From: Lama glama | Taxonomy: Eukaryota | Assembly: GCA_028534125.1 (NCBI GenBank) | Contig: CM052816.1 | Coordinates: 61,940,001-62,004,000, forward strand | Direction of reading: 5' to 3' | Length of the DNA: 64,000 nucleotides | Part shown: positions 11,623 to 26,174 of the stretch, in pieces | How positions within the stretch are numbered: the first letter of the stretch is position 1 | Layout: each line of letters begins with the position of its first letter | Made by a program: the position numbers and the translations under genes | The notes under the pieces: model-generated | Seen by the model: only the letters and a program-made list of their open reading frames with translations | Databases searched by the model: none | Told to the model about the DNA's origin: nothing

Positions 11623-14600
11623 CTGCAAAAATTGAAATGGAGGATTTGCTGGGCAATCCATTCTCCCCCTTCACTTCCAGAGGTCCATCTCAGACTCTCC
11701 TCACTGCATTCTCAGCCAGGTTTACTTATGTTTTGTTTAGTTTTGAATGAGTAAGGGCTTGAAGAATTGGCTGCAGGTGGGAATACCCCTTGGGGTCTGC
11801 TGTAGGCCAGCGAGGTAAGTACAGCAGGGCCCAGGAAGGATTGTTGCTCAGTCCACACCCAGCCCCTCTGCGCGGCACAGACTGTGCTCACTCTGCGTCC
11901 CCCAGGATACTGTGGCCATCTACATCCCTACTCTTTTCCCAGTGGGAAACGTGGCTTCTGGAGGCAGTTGGCCAGCATACTGACCTCTCCCAGGGACTAA
12001 TTCAGGTAAAAGAGGTGGAGATAGAGGAGCTGAGATTTCTTCCTGTAATTTAAGTCATAGCAATTACTTCTCTTCTCAAAACCCTCCAGTGGATGCCCAA
12101 TTCACTCAAGACCGTATACAATCTGTACCTCCCTGACGTGATCTCCTAGATGCCAGGGTGGCAACACTAGCCAACTCTAGAGCTGCTGTTCTCTCCAGCC
12201 TGAAACACTCCCACTCCCTGCATCTGCAGCGCTCGCTTTCACCTCCTGCAGGTCTCTGCTCAAATATTACTCTCTCAGTGATACTTCTCTTGATCCCCCT
12301 ATCATGGCAGAACCACCTACTTACCTCCAGTACTTTCTATTCCCCTTTCGTGTTTTTTATTTCCTCCAAAACATTTACCACTCATCTGATTTACTATATA
12401 TTTTAATTATTTATGTAATGATTGTCTCTCTCCCATAACTAGAGGAAGTACTCCGTGAGAGCTAAAATTCTGGACTTTTTGCTCACTGCTGTATCTTCAG
12501 CTTCCAGAACAGCTCCCAACATTAGTAGAGAGAGGAAAGGAAGGAGAAAGGAGGAGAGAGAGAGAGAAGAGAGGACAGAAGAAGAAAGAAACTACCCCAC
12601 GTGGAACTTCTTCTCGTGTAATTCTCTGAGCAGGTGAGCCATGGTGAGACAGGATTCTTAACTTGAGGTATGTGGACCCTAGAGCAGTGGTCCTCAAAGT
12701 CTAGTCCTCAAACTATAAAACATGGATTGTTTGTTTAAAAATATAGAATCTTAGCTCTCATCTCAGTCTTACTGAACTAAATCTCTAGTGATAGAAATTG
12801 TGAGAATTTTCAGCCAGATGTTTAAGAAATTCTTTAGCCTTAAAAGTTAATAACCACAGACATATGTCTTCCATGCCTGGTCCTCAGGAGATCTAAAAAA
12901 ATCCCCTGTAAATTCATAAAATTTTGTTTGTGGATATCATATATTTCCCAGAAGAAGGTGCCCAGTTTTAGTCACTGCAAAGGATCTAGGACACAAAACA
13001 GATTGGAGACCACACACTATTCTTAGGTGACCTCACCCCCACCAAGACCATAAGAACATATCAATCAGTTTACATCAGGCCTCGATCCTATCTTCCAGAC
13101 CCATATTAATGTTATACAGATTCTTTCAAGTTAATGAATCTCAAAATGCACAAAATTAAGCACATTATTTTTCATGTCTCACCCCACCTCAAGCCTAACC
13201 TTTCTTTTGTACCCACGTAACAAGTTGCCCAAATCAGAAACCCTGTGATTGTCCTAGACTCCTACTTCTCCCTCACCTCAGAGAATGGAATCCATCACCT
13301 CTTAGACCTCTTTTAAGTCTCTCTCTCTCCCATCTCACAGCTGTGGTCTTCTATCAAGTTCTCCTCTTGCCATAGCTTCCCGATAGGGCCCCTTGACTCC
13401 AGTGTGTTTCATCCAATTTCTCCTCTATCATGTTGCCAACCGTGATCTTCCTAAAATGCACAGTTGACTACTGCACTCTTCTTTTTAACTAATCCCCTTC
13501 AATTGTTCCTCATTACTTTTAGGGTGAGATTTAAACTCCTCCCCATAGCCTGTGAAGCTCTCTAATATTTGGCTTCTCCCTACCTCTCCAACTTCAACTC
13601 ACTCTCCCTCCTGTCACTACGCTCTGGTCACACTGGTCTGCTTTCAGCTCCTGGAACACATCAAACTCACTCCTTCTTCAGATCCTTTTTGCATGCAGTT
13701 CCCTCTACCTTTAACACTCTTCCTCCCTGCTCTTCACAAGGCAGGCTCCTCCTCAAACTTTAATGTTAGCTTGGACTTCCTAAATAAGGTATAATTTCTA
13801 CTTGTCACCATGTTTTAACATGTGCTGTTCTCTGAGATAGAGGAATCCCACCCTTCACCAGTTTCTTTTTTGACTTAGTTAACTCCTAATTCTCCCATAA
13901 GACACAACACAGCATCATTTCTTCCAGGAAGGTTTTCTTGACCAGGTTAAATAGCCATCCTTTCTCTATTATACATGGTGAGAGGGAACCCTCTCTTTTG
14001 ACCGTGGTAATAGATGAAGCTGCGTTCATGCATGGACACTTACGTACTTCCTTCTGAATTACTACAATACACAGATCAATGGGTTCTTACATAAAGCGAC
14101 AAATGTATGACCTGAAAAACTTGATCTCTCATATATAAAGGAAACCCTGCCTTCTGTTTTATCAGCTTTAACAGCCAGTACAACTAATGAAGAAAAATCA
14201 CTAGAGTCTCGAGAGAGAATCTTCTGAAATGTGTGTATAAAGAAGGAATGCTACTATAAATGACTGATCCAAGAGTTTCCCATACATCATGTAAGATGGG
14301 GCATCTATGTTTTAACTAGATCAAAACATAATAAAATAAAATCAATGACATCTAAATTTTGAGTATTCAAATAATGTCAAGTGAGGAGAAAAAAATAGGC
14401 TAGAAATTCATATATAAGATTCCAATTTTGTAGGGAAACACACGCACATACGTATACTTGGAAGGAAAATTTCAATACCAAAATAATTTAGTTTTCAAAT
14501 CTTTCAATTTTTTTCAAAATTATACACATATAATTATAAAAGTTTACCTTTTTACCTTTTAAGGAAAAAACTACCTTTTGTAAAAAACATTATGTTTAAG

Positions 14601-14682
14601 GAAAAAATAATTTAATCTTTCATAAAAACCTTGAATTGTCTATAAATTGTTCAACTATATTTATACTAAAATTAATACTCAC

Positions 14683-14716
14683 ATCATTTAAATCTCCTGC
14701 TGCATCCCCCTTTTCA
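14683..14716 (-). CDS. CWC27: CWC27 exon 9, short exon (S-EKGDAAGDLND)
   Basis: 34 nt; TTGTAG|T acceptor, GAT|GTGAGT donor; restores the phase between exons 8 and 10. Confidence 0.92.
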
Positions 14717-15688
14717 CTACAAAAACAAGAAAAATAAGCAAATTTTAGCTTTTAAATGAGACTAACAAAATTACTCAGTTATCCAAAAATTTAGAATATT
14801 TTGCTGGGACTAATAGTTCAAAAACACTTCAACATAGAAATTTTCAGAATAGCATTGTAGAGCAAATGGAAACATTCTAAAAGGAAGTTGTTTTTATAAA
14901 TAGAATAAAAGGTATGCTCCATTAGGACATATATGAATTCACTAGAATTCTTTAAAAAAAGGAAACAACAACCAACAGTGCTATTTTTATGAACAAAGGG
15001 CTGCAGAAAACAATTTCTTCTATTGGCTTGATGTATTCTGGCTGAAGAAGCCAAATCCTTCAAATACAAGGACATTAAGAAAAGACTATTCTGAAATAGT
15101 TTTTGAAAATGACCTAAACTCAGTACAATAGTATTTTAGTCCCCCTTTGAGACATTGGCCCAGTATATCATGTGTAGTTACATTCAACAGTAAGACACCT
15201 TCCTTTTGCAAAGAGAAGAAACAAAAATAGTAAGAAACTTTTCTGATAACTCCTAAAATATGTAAGAAATAATACTCAGTGAACTGGCCCAAAATGTAGC
15301 AACTTCTTCACAAAACCCTTCAAATCTAATTTGCTTACCCATGATTCTGAGACAAAAATGATTCAAGGAAAAAGTTAGCAATGCAAATCTGAATTAACCA
15401 TTAAACTGTTAAAGCAGTTTCCTAGTATTCAAACAATCCCAAGATTTAAAAGTTTAACAATTGATTTTAATTAGTTCAACAGAGGTAGCGAGCAAGAAGA
15501 GTGAAAGTGACTAGAGTGGTTCTCCCCAGTATGCTGGAAGCTCTGCTGCTATTGTCACCAAAATGCTTTAGTTCTTTAGTTAGGTTGACAAAATTTGACT
15601 TATGAGAACTGACTGTTTACTTACAGAGGAAGCAAGAAAATTATCTGAGCCAGAAAATAACTTAGGATCACACGAGCACCATACTAAC

Positions 15689-15768
15689 CTTTCAACAGCT
15701 GGGACAGAGCTGAGATGTGGATCATCCTTAAGCAAGTCATGACTACTCTTGCTTTTTCCCTTCATGCT
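15689..15768 (-). CDS. CWC27: CWC27 exon 8 (SMKGKSKSSHDLLKDDPHLSSVPAVE)
   Basis: 80 nt; TTCTAG|AGC acceptor, AG|GTTAGT donor; part of ORF 15580-15765 in the track. Confidence 0.96.
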
Positions 15769-17802
15769 CTAGAAAGGAATGTGTGATATAATCATGAGTG
15801 GGGAAAAAACAGTCTTCCAAAAGGACAAGTTAGCAAATTTGCATAACATCTAGTACTGACATACTGTGGTTAGCAAAAGGTATATGGCTCCTAAAAATTT
15901 CAGTATCAACTGAAGCTTTATAAGTAAGAACCTTATTCTTCCATTGACCAAAAATATTTTTAGAAATACCTTTTATTTCAAAAGGCTATATATCCTTTAA
16001 AATAAGTTTACTGATTACTATTTCCAAATACTAAATCCTTATTATGATTTACAACTAAACTAATTAATTTTAGTCCCATTCTTCACTGTTTAACAATTTT
16101 GAGAACAGGTTTCTAAATTTGATAGGCTTTACTTTGAGGCAAATGCATCAATTCTGAAATTTATTTCCATGATGAAAATAATAGATTTTTAAATTTCTGT
16201 ATGAACATGGAGTTCACGTTTCAAAGACCTCATCAGTTTAAACATGCTTATAGTCTATTTTCACAAGGCAAAACAAACTTTTCTCAGTTAATCTAAAGAT
16301 GCTATTTATCTACAGTTTTAAAAAGTCAAAGAATCTGAATTATGCAATTAATCTGTATTTCTACCTTACACACACCAAGGAGCAATTAAAAAAAAAGATA
16401 AAACATCAAGTAATTACTTGGTAATACATTTGTCCAACAATGAATACTGAAAAAAAATGTTCAAAATCAGAAGATGGTGTAGTAGAAAGAACACAGGGTA
16501 AGAAGAAAGGTGATAATTGGGCCAAATGAGTTTCAAAATCTAATATTCAGTAATTCTATGGGTTTTAGTCCAGAACTTGTACCATTTGGGGAAAGAGACT
16601 TCAGAACCTTTGCCTACAAAATAGAAATAATACTAGCAGCCTTGCCTACTTCATGCAAGAGAGTAAGTGCAGATATGTGCAAAAGCGTACAAGCGAATGT
16701 AAAGTGACCTCAACTAAAATACAACTTGAACATCTTTTTTTCATGCTTTCCTTCCCTAAAATTTCTTCCTCCTGCATTTCTAGCCATGACTGTTTATTTT
16801 CATCTACTCTAAGAAAAATTTTCTTATTAATTCTCCTCATGTGGCTCCCTCATGGAGTCATAATCACAGACATTATAGCCATAGTTGGCTTCAGACCCTC
16901 TGGTTAAGCCTCTTAGTTAACAGATCAGAAAATGAGAATTACACTAATAAAGAGCAGGAGTAAGATTAGAATTCAGGTCTTTAAGTTAGCCCATTAATAA
17001 GCTACACTATTTCATTTACTTGTTAGTTTACAGCTGTTAGTTTAATTAACATTTTTAAAATGGGTTCTTATTTATCTCCCAACACTTAAATCAGCTTGAA
17101 GGGAAAAGAAGAAACTTGCCTTACATTAACTTAAAATAAGACTTAACAATAGGAGGAAACTAAATTAATCTGAAAAATCATTACTATTTAAAATTTTAAT
17201 TAACTTTTTAAATTAAATTAGCATAGAAATGTATGATCAAAAGCAATTTTTCAGATGGCCCTTCCCACTATAGTATTCTTTGAATCCTGCTGGCAGAGAA
17301 AACAAATTATGAAAGAACTGAAGAAATTTGGAGATAGTCTCAAAGGGTGTAAAAATGAATTCAGATATTTCTCTTTTATGTCTGTTCTTTCTGAAAACCT
17401 ATTTTAAGGTTCTTATTTATGCCATCAGGTAACAATAAATTTAGAGGAAACAAAAACCTAATATATTTAAAAATAATTTTAGAAAAAATTACATAAAAGT
17501 CACTGGCTAATTAAAAGGTTCAGGGGCCGAACAAAATACTAAATATACTTAGTGAATACAGTGTAAGGAGCTCTGTAGTAAATTCAAAACTATCTGTAAG
17601 CAAATCTGAAAATGAACATCAAAGAGGATGTGGGAAAATCACATTATTACTTGGCACTTGATACCTAAGAATACAGAGGCAGTGAAACAGTGGGAACTAA
17701 ACAGAGTACAAGTAGAAAGAAAAAAAGCAAGAGGCACGGTAGTACCGGGGAACAACACTGGTCAAGAAGTTGGAAGGTCTGGGCCTCAACCTCTAACTAT
17801 CT

Positions 17803-18290
17803 CTGTGTTAATTTTATGCTACAGTACCCAGTTATTCGGTCAAATACCAGTTTAGATGTTGCTATGAAACTATTTTTTAGATGTGATTAATAATTTAAAT
17901 CAGTAGACTTCAAGTAAAGCAGATAGTTTATCCACCAAAATGTAAGTGGGTCTCATCTAGTAAGTTGAAGGTCTTAATAGCAAAGACTGTTTTCCAAACA
18001 AGAAGCAATTTGGCCTTAAGACAGTAACATAGAAACTCTGCCCGACTTTCTGGCCTGCAAATTTTGGACTCAGAACTGTAACATTAACTCTTCCTTGAGT
18101 CTCCAGCTTGCTGGCTGGCCTACTCTATAGATTTTAGACTTGCCAGACCCCATAAGCACATGAACCAATTCCTAAAAATCAACCAAATCTATCAATCTCA
18201 AACTCTACCTCTCATTACCCTCCCCATGACACACACATACATACATATATATATAAATATATTGTTTCTTTGATGAACCATACCTATTAT
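17803..18290 (+). mobile_element. MLT2-family (ERVL) LTR
   Basis: gttaattttatg...cccagttattcggtcaaatacc..tagatgttgct...agtaaagcagat..gtgggtctcatc..agttgaagg is typical of MLT2. Confidence 0.75.
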
Positions 18291-18605
18291 ATTCTGTGAC
18301 CTTCAGCAGAGAACCAGAAAACTTAACAGTTGGAAAAAAATCGTACAGGCCACTTAATCTAGTCTCCAACCCAATGCAGGAATCTCCTTGACATCACTGT
18401 TAGTCAACCAGTATCTCAACACTTGAAAGGAGTTTAATACTCTCACACACTCCCACATAAAAATCACCTCTTTTTAGATGGCTCCCACAACTGGACAATT
18501 CTCTAACTGGAGGGGAAAAAAAATCTATCCATGTGTAATTTTCAATCGCCTAACCCAGAAACAATGTCTGTTATTAGGTATACTCTGTTGAGTTTAGGTA
18601 CAAAT

Positions 18606-19091
18606 AGATTGGCAGGCAGGGTAACAGCCCCTAAAGATGCCCACATCCTAATCCACAAAATGTGTGACTGTGTTACTTTACTCGGCAAAAGGGACTTTGT
18701 GGATAAATTAAGAATTTTAAGATGAGGAGATTGCCCTGGATTATCAGGGTAGGTCCAATGTAATCACAAAAGTCCTTACAAGAAAGAGGGAGGCAGGGGA
18801 GTCAGGTGCAGAGTGATAAAGGATGAGAAAGACTTGACCCGCTATTGTTGGCTTTGAAGATAGAGGAAGGAACCACCAGCCAAGGAACACAGGCGGTCTC
18901 TAGAAACTGGAAAAGGTGAAGGAATGGATCCTCCCCGGAGCCTTCAGAAGGCAGGCGGGCCTACCAACACCTTGGTACCTAACCCAGTGAAGCCTACTTT
19001 GGACTTCCGCCCTCCAGAACGCTATGATACGAAATGCTTCAAGCCACTAAATTTATGGTAATTTGCTAGAGCAAGAATACAAAATAATACA
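18606..19091 (+). mobile_element. MLT1D/E-like MaLR LTR
   Basis: cccctaaagatgcccacatcctaatcc...ggcaaaagggactttg...ccctggattatc...caatgtaatcaca...aagccactaaatttatggtaattt. Confidence 0.8.
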
Positions 19092-22000
19092 AATATGTTA
19101 ACATCTTTTTTAAATTAGTTAAATATAAACAATTAGAAAAATAAGAAAAGTTTAATACAATTTAATGGGGCAAAAAATATTTTATAAAATTAAGACTGTT
19201 TAATACTCCTGACAACCTCTGTACAAGTGGTCTAGCAGCATTCTCCAGGCCATGCCCAACCCACCTCCCAAATTTGGCGGACACTTTAATTTCATAGGAT
19301 AAATGAGAATAGGACAAAAATATTCTTATTTTATTCTCGAAAGTGGTATATGTGTCTTTCAGGATAACTTTTTCTGGGTGGGAAAAAAGCCTCTTTATAG
19401 CCAACTCTGGAGTTGAGGTTAAAATGTTAATATATCTTATAGTGAGAGAAACACTGTGTATCAATGTGACTGTGACACAATTTGATCACTATTTTCAAAT
19501 TTAGCTACTGAGATACTTTTATACTGGACCTACCATTTACCTTGCCTCAAGAAAACTACTTGTCTGATTGTAAGCTTTCACTTGAAAAATATTTTCTGAC
19601 ATTTGTAATTAAGTTATACACAAAGGGTCAGGAGTAAACTTAAAACCAATACAGACATTTGAATGAAACTATTATTTAAGAAAGCAATACAAAGGGAGGG
19701 ATCTTCCAGATAAAAACCTTTCAAATGTTTGAAGCCGAGGATCACATTTTCACTTAGTTTTTACTTCTCCAAAGTATATCAAGTTCCTCAAGCAGTCCCC
19801 AAGGAAGATCCTTTTTGGCATCACCCCCATCCTCCTCATGACCCTTCCTTCCTCTGGATGCATCTAATTTGTCAGTATCCTTCTTAAATGTGTTCAGAAC
19901 TGAACAAAATGCTGAAAATGTGATCCCCCAAAATGCAAAGAATGTTAAATTCCTCATTCCAGAGACCTTACTCTTAATAACTCAACTAGAGCTTACAGGC
20001 TATTAAATCTGATGTCTATTCAGCTGATTTCATTAAACCAAAGGACAGAATATACACATACTCCTATTACATTTGAACTTACTAGTTCAAAAAATCAGGC
20101 AGAGGTTGACAACAAAGCTCTCTTTGGGCAGAAGTGTTCAGTCAGCTATAAATCCATCTGAGTGTACTATCTCCCAGATCACATTTCCTTGTGTTGTCCA
20201 CAAGAATAGCATGAGAGACTCTGACAATGTGCTTTCCTGAACTCAAGATATGTTATTACAGCATCCTCCTATCATGCAATCCTATCAAAAAGGAAATGAA
20301 GTCAGTCTGGCAAGTCACTTAACCAGAGTCTCAGTTTCCTCATCTATAAAGAAAGGAAGTTGGACTAGATCCCTTTGAGCTATAAAATTCTATTATTCTA
20401 AAAGAGATTTTATCAGGTAGTAAGAGATACTGAAATAAATAGTCAAGGAAAGCTAACCTACGTGGGAGAGGCACCTTGTCATGAATACTGAGTAGGGTGA
20501 AGCAGTGTCTGTAATCCCACACTGGTAATCCATAAACCAGAGACGACTCGACCTTATTTCTCCTTTCACAGAAAGTAAAGCCTCAATACAGACTTTACCA
20601 ATTATTAACTTGTGGTGTTAGGTTCTGGAATAAAGCTTAACACTGTGGAGTCACTGAAAAAAGAAATGTGATAAGCAAATAAATAATGAAACAATTATTT
20701 TCAAGCCCTCTAGAAATATTTAATTCTATGCAACCACTGAAACTGCAAATTGTTCTTAGTCATTGTCAAAGACACTGACTTGACTTGGCTCTAGTTATTT
20801 ACATTTGAAAACAGCAAGGCTAAATTTTAAAAAATATATTGGTCATAATTTTCTAGTATTCAGGCTCGCCTTCTCTGTTCTTATCAAAGTCTCATTTTAC
20901 CCAAAAGGTAAGAGTATCTGAAGGGTGCTCGTAGTCTGAAGAACAGTACAAAAGCAAAATAAAGAAAATACACTTCCATTTCTATTCTCTCTAGAATTTA
21001 TCTCATGTGCTTCAGAGAAATTTCCTTTTCTCTAAACCAGTAAGTTTCGACAATTTTTTTGTTGCTCTCTTTTCTCAAGCTAAACTCACCTATGACTCCA
21101 TTATATAAACACACAGAACAGCTAAATTCTGCAGGCCATCTGCATGGTGTTCCAAGACCCAATCGTACATGAAGAGTGGGTTGCTGGTGGGTCACGATGT
21201 ACAGGTGTACACCCATCCTCTCCAAGACTGCTCAGGCTACTTCTCAGGACCCTGTGGGAGTGCTCAGGAAGGGCACTAGGCCAGCTGTGCTGAGCTTACG
21301 GCTTCCTACCTCAGAAAGCTGGACTACTGCGGAAGTTTCTCACCAGCCCTCTAGACTACCTGAGCATGAGGGCAGCAGCTGCTGCATGATGATCATGATC
21401 ATATTAGTGACCAATATTCTTTAGCTCTCTGAGAATAAAGTACAAATTATAACATAGAGTATATTGTTTATTTTAAGACGTTTGACTTTCAAAACTGCTT
21501 TTTAGGATCGCATGATGTATCGAAGTAAGGACTAACCATTTATTTATTTCACAGCTCTAAATGGTACATGTTACTCCCATGTCACAAAGAGGAAAATGGA
21601 GGCTCAGAGAGACTAAGTTATCCAAGGTCACAGAGTGTCTATAGAAAGTGAAGTGCCAATATGAGTTTGTATGATCCCAAATCCATGCTATTTTTACTTC
21701 AACACACCGCCACTCAAAGATGACACAAAGTTTACCATCAAGGAGCTCACAGGCTAGGACCCTATATAATTAATGAGTTAGAAAAGGGTATAAACCTTGA
21801 ATAGTATACTATGAGAACATAGGCATATGCTTCCACGTAATAAAGTTAAAAGAATGCTTTCAAAAGGAAAATATAAGTATCACAAGAAAGGCAGAAGTTA
21901 GATCAGAAAAAGAAAAGATTAGGGAAAACTGGAAAAGTCATTTAGAAAAGATAGTATTCTAGGTGTTGAAAATAAATATGACATTGATATTCAGAAGTGG

Positions 22001-24251
22001 GACAGCACACTTCGCAGGGAAAAGGACATGAACAAAGACATACAATAAGGAAAACACAAGGCGTATTTGTAGAACAGCAAGTAGTTCAGATCTGCTGACA
22101 GTGTTTCCTACAGCCCCCAGATAAGGTTTCCAGGGAATTCACTACATGTATAGATTCCCTGGTCTCTTCCTTAGAGATTCTGATTCAGTAGGTCTGAGAT
22201 GGGAACTAGGAATATAAGTTTTTAAAAATTACTACAAGTGATTTTTATCAGTAGGGAAGTTTAAGAAATATTAGACTAAAGGACAGAGTTAATCATGAAA
22301 GCAGAAGCTTGAAATAATAGGCCAAGGAATTTGGCCTTATTTCTACAGACAACAGAAAGCAACTTTAACATCTTAATGAGACTTCAGGAATTTATTCTGA
22401 TAATAACAAGTGGAAGGGGGAAAAAGAGAAGGGAGATGGGAGACCAGTCTGTAGTCCATGGCAGCAGCCCAGGCTAGAGATAATGAAGGCCTGAACAAGG
22501 GTAGTAGCGAAATAAATTAAAAGGAAAAAATAGATTTGAGACACAGCATAGATGAAAAATTGGTAAGAACAATGCAGCTAACTGGTTGTGCAAGGAAAAG
22601 ATAAGAAAAAAGTTCGAACTTAATCTAACATTCTTCAAGGGACACTGGTATCAGGGAATTAGAAAGAGAAGTCACAGAACAGGGAGAAGTTTAGGAAGAA
22701 AAGATAATAAATTAAGCTTTGGCTAAGGCTTAGGTAACTAGTGAGACATCAAACAGAGAGATGTCCAGTAGGCAGCTAGATAAAAGAAGAGTAAGTCAGC
22801 CTAGAGATACAGATTTGAGGGTCACAAACAAACGTGATAATTTTATCACACAGCACCATCAATTAAAAACTCAGATGAGAGAAATGTGATGACACACAGT
22901 AGGCTTAGACCACCTATTTGATAATGGACTTTTGGTTGCAATGTTCTTGGCAAAGAGGAAAGAATTTACTTGGTCTTTCTACTGTTTAAAGTGTTTTCCA
23001 GGTTTCAGAGCAAACGTAAAGAGCATGCTAGAAATATCTATGGTGGTATCTTCCACATTTTAACCTTGTAGCAAACACAAATTGCTTTTGGAGTATCAAG
23101 TTCACTGTATTCAGTATAAGTTAACCATTTTTTCTTTATTTTGTGCAAAATTAAGTCGCAGGAGGAAGATAAGCCTTAAACATTTAACACACGCTGTTGT
23201 TGCAAACAGAAAAAATTCAAACTAAATTTCCGAGAAAAGTCCATCTCAGAGCAATTGTGAACAAAACTTATTTTAGACCAGAAATTTAATTCAACAAAAA
23301 GATTGATAGAAAAATTCCTTTCGCCCACCCTTGTTCTCCAAGGCTGCTCAACCTCATACTATGTAGGGCCCTCTGGGAGGTAGGGAAGAGCAGTGGGCCA
23401 ACTGCACTGAGCTGCCCTTCACCCCAGAATGCTGTGCTGCCAGTGGAATTTCTTGCCAGCCTTTTAGATAGGTTGGGCTTGAAGGAGACAGTTTCTGCAG
23501 TATTCAAAAGCACATTAGATAGAGACTTTAATAGCTATAGAAACTTAAGTTCAAAATTCTGATTCTATGACCTCCTAATTACATGGTCTTGGTCAAGGAA
23601 CTTGACATCTCAGCATTGATACCTTCACTTACAAAACAGGAATAATAATATCTATACCACATGGTTGCGATAGAGATAATACAAAATAAATACTTAGCAC
23701 AGGGAGGAGGTAAAAAAAAAAAGAAATCATGATAATGTAGTATAAGTGCTTTGATGGCCACAGACAGATTATTATGGAAAGAAGTTAAGCTCAGCCTGAG
23801 TGGAAGTTGGGGGTAGGGGAGGGAGGTAGAGGTAGTGAGGAGTTAATAATGGAGCTAAATCTTAAAAGGAAACACAAGAATTAGCCAAATTCGCTTTTTC
23901 AAGCAAAAGAAAAAACAGGGGTGGATGGACTCAGGGGAAGGCATGGATATGCAAGGGAACTTGACATCTTTAGAAAACATCAAAGGGAAACTTGACAATT
24001 CCCAGATCTAACATTCGTGGTTTTTTCCATTTACAAATATACCCACAGGATCATGATACATAGTAAATCTTTCATTTTCATTAAGGGACAAATTTGAATC
24101 ACAAATAATGTAAGACTAGTACACTGACATCTAAAGAAGATGACTTCTGAGATACCGGGGGTGACACAGTGATGATGCTGAGAAGGAATAGTAAAAGGAG
24201 GTTTTCATAGAAAGATTAATTTAATTTTGACACCTAAAATAGAGATGTTTC

Positions 24252-24365
24252 AAAACACTAATTCAAAAAATACATGAACCCCAATGTTCATAACAGCATT
24301 TTTACAATTGCCAAGATACAAAGGCAATTTAGATGTCCCTCAACAGATGAATGGAGAAAGACGTA

Positions 24366-24406
<41 letters not shown>

Positions 24407-24855
24407 CACAGAGAGAGAAATATTACTCAGCCATAAAAAAGAAGGAAAATTAGCCATTTGCAACAACATGGATGGACTTAGAGGGTATTATGCTAAGTGA
24501 AATAAGACAAATACAAATACTGTATGATATCACTTATATGTGGAATCTAAAAATGTAAGAAACTAGTGAACATAACAAAAAATAAACAGACTCTCAGATA
24601 TAGAGAACAAGTTAATGGTTACCAATGCGGAGGGGCAATATAGAGGTGGAGGATTAAGAGGGAAAAAGTATTACATATAATAAGCTATAAAGATATAATA
24701 TACAACATAGGAATATAGCCAGTATTATATAATAACTATAAATAAAGTATAAACTTTGAAAATTGTGAATCACTATACTGTATTCCTGTAACTTATATAA
24801 TACTATACATCAACTATATTTCAATTAAAAACATTTTTTTAAATAAAATAAAATA
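24252..24855 (+). mobile_element. 5'-truncated L1 3' end
   Basis: L1 ORF2 end and 3' UTR motifs (gccatttgcaacaacatggatggactta). Flanked by near-TSD AGAGATGTTTC / AGAGACGTTTC. Confidence 0.85.
24368..24418. repeat. (CA)n-(GA)n microsatellite inside the L1
   Basis: About 21 CA units with one CG interruption, followed by a short GA run. Confidence 0.95.
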
Positions 24856-25529
24856 AGAGACGTTTCCTAAAGGCAACTCAGAATGTGGGATAGGAGCCTA
24901 GAAAAAATATCTGGCCTTGTCTGCTAGATCTCAGAATGTTAGTATACAGGTGGTAATTGAATCCATGGTATCAAATAGATCAATAAAGGATACTGAAGAC
25001 AGAGAAAAATAAAATTGTGACCAAAATATTTCTTACACGTGCCCATTTTAATTCAGTTTTAATGCAAGGAAGAGCGCTCCTATATGCCCAATATTAGACT
25101 ACCAAAACCAGGCTCAGTGATGAGGGAGGCAAACGGATAAAGAAGTAAATACAAGGGTGACAACAATGTGCTTCTTGGTCAATGCTACTGTTAGTGTCAG
25201 TGAGAAACAGGTGACTATGTTAAGCAAGTAAAGCAGTACTAGGTTATGAACTTGTAATTATAGACTATAATAAAGCCTTTGAACCTCATCCTTTAGGTCT
25301 CAGAGTTCACTAATTTTCAAGAAAGAAAGACATCAAAATTTGGGGGAGTAAAAACCCTTGAAGATGATTTTCTTCGGACATATTTATCAGAATCACTGCT
25401 CTAAACAACTGTAGAGCACTGTATGTGTTTCAAAAATTAGCTTTGTGATAAAAGTAATACTGAGGAAAACCATACTTAAAGGCCTGTGGGAAGCATGGTG
25501 GGGTAAAAGGCAAAGAGGCAATGTATACT

Positions 25530-25800
25530 CCAAAGACATGGACTTCAAAGTGAGACTGACCTAAGTTTATAAGTTCAAATCCCAGCTCTAGCAACTTACT
25601 AGCAGTGTGACTTTGAGCAAATTATAACCTATCAACACCTTCATTTATTCATAGGTAAAATGGGAATGATAATACCTATCTTAAAGGACTGCACTGAGAA
25701 TAAAATGAATTAAATATATATAAATGGTATTAAAATGAATATAAGAACTTTTGCTTGTCACTGTTTATTATAGTAATGATAATAATTATTATTATCCATC
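25530..25800 (+). mobile_element. MIR SINE
   Basis: MIR core: ttcaaatcccagctct..cttactagcagtgtgactttgagcaa...gtaaaatgggaatgataatacct. Confidence 0.75.
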
Positions 25801-26104
25801 AAACCAATTAAACCAATAACAATTAAAATCTGAATCATAAAATTGAATCATTCTTTAACTCTGGTTCTGATTAAAAAATGCCAGATTTTTTTAAAAAACT
25901 ATAATTTTAGGAGGGCAAATCATCTCAGAAGTTGTAAATATTAGAAACAACAAATCATTTTACTAATCAGTTCAATGGACATTTACAGAATGTGTACTAT
26001 GTAAAACATGCTGTGCTATTTATAGCAGGAGATACAAAAATAAGTGAGACACAGATCTGAATCTCCTTCAACATTCAGAACAAAGGGCAAATTAAGACTT
26101 TTAC

Positions 26105-26174
26105 CTGACTAACTCGATTTACTTCCTCCTCTTCTTCCTCGGCTTCCTCTCCAAATGAAAGTAAACTAAAATTC
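26105..26174 (-). CDS. CWC27: CWC27 exon 7 (NFSLLSFGEEAEEEEEEVNRVSQ)
   Basis: 70 nt; long U-rich tract then ATTAG|G; donor CAG|GTAAA; conserved LLSFGEE motif. Confidence 0.96.

Noticed and set aside
11623..11661. In-frame upstream ATG (MDCPANPPFQFLQ) extending exon 10
   Set aside because: It is the intron's acceptor and pyrimidine tract read through; no promoter evidence.
21110..21400. GC-richer patch as a processed pseudogene or hidden exon
   Set aside because: No recognisable protein, poly(A) tail, TSD or convincing splice-site pair.
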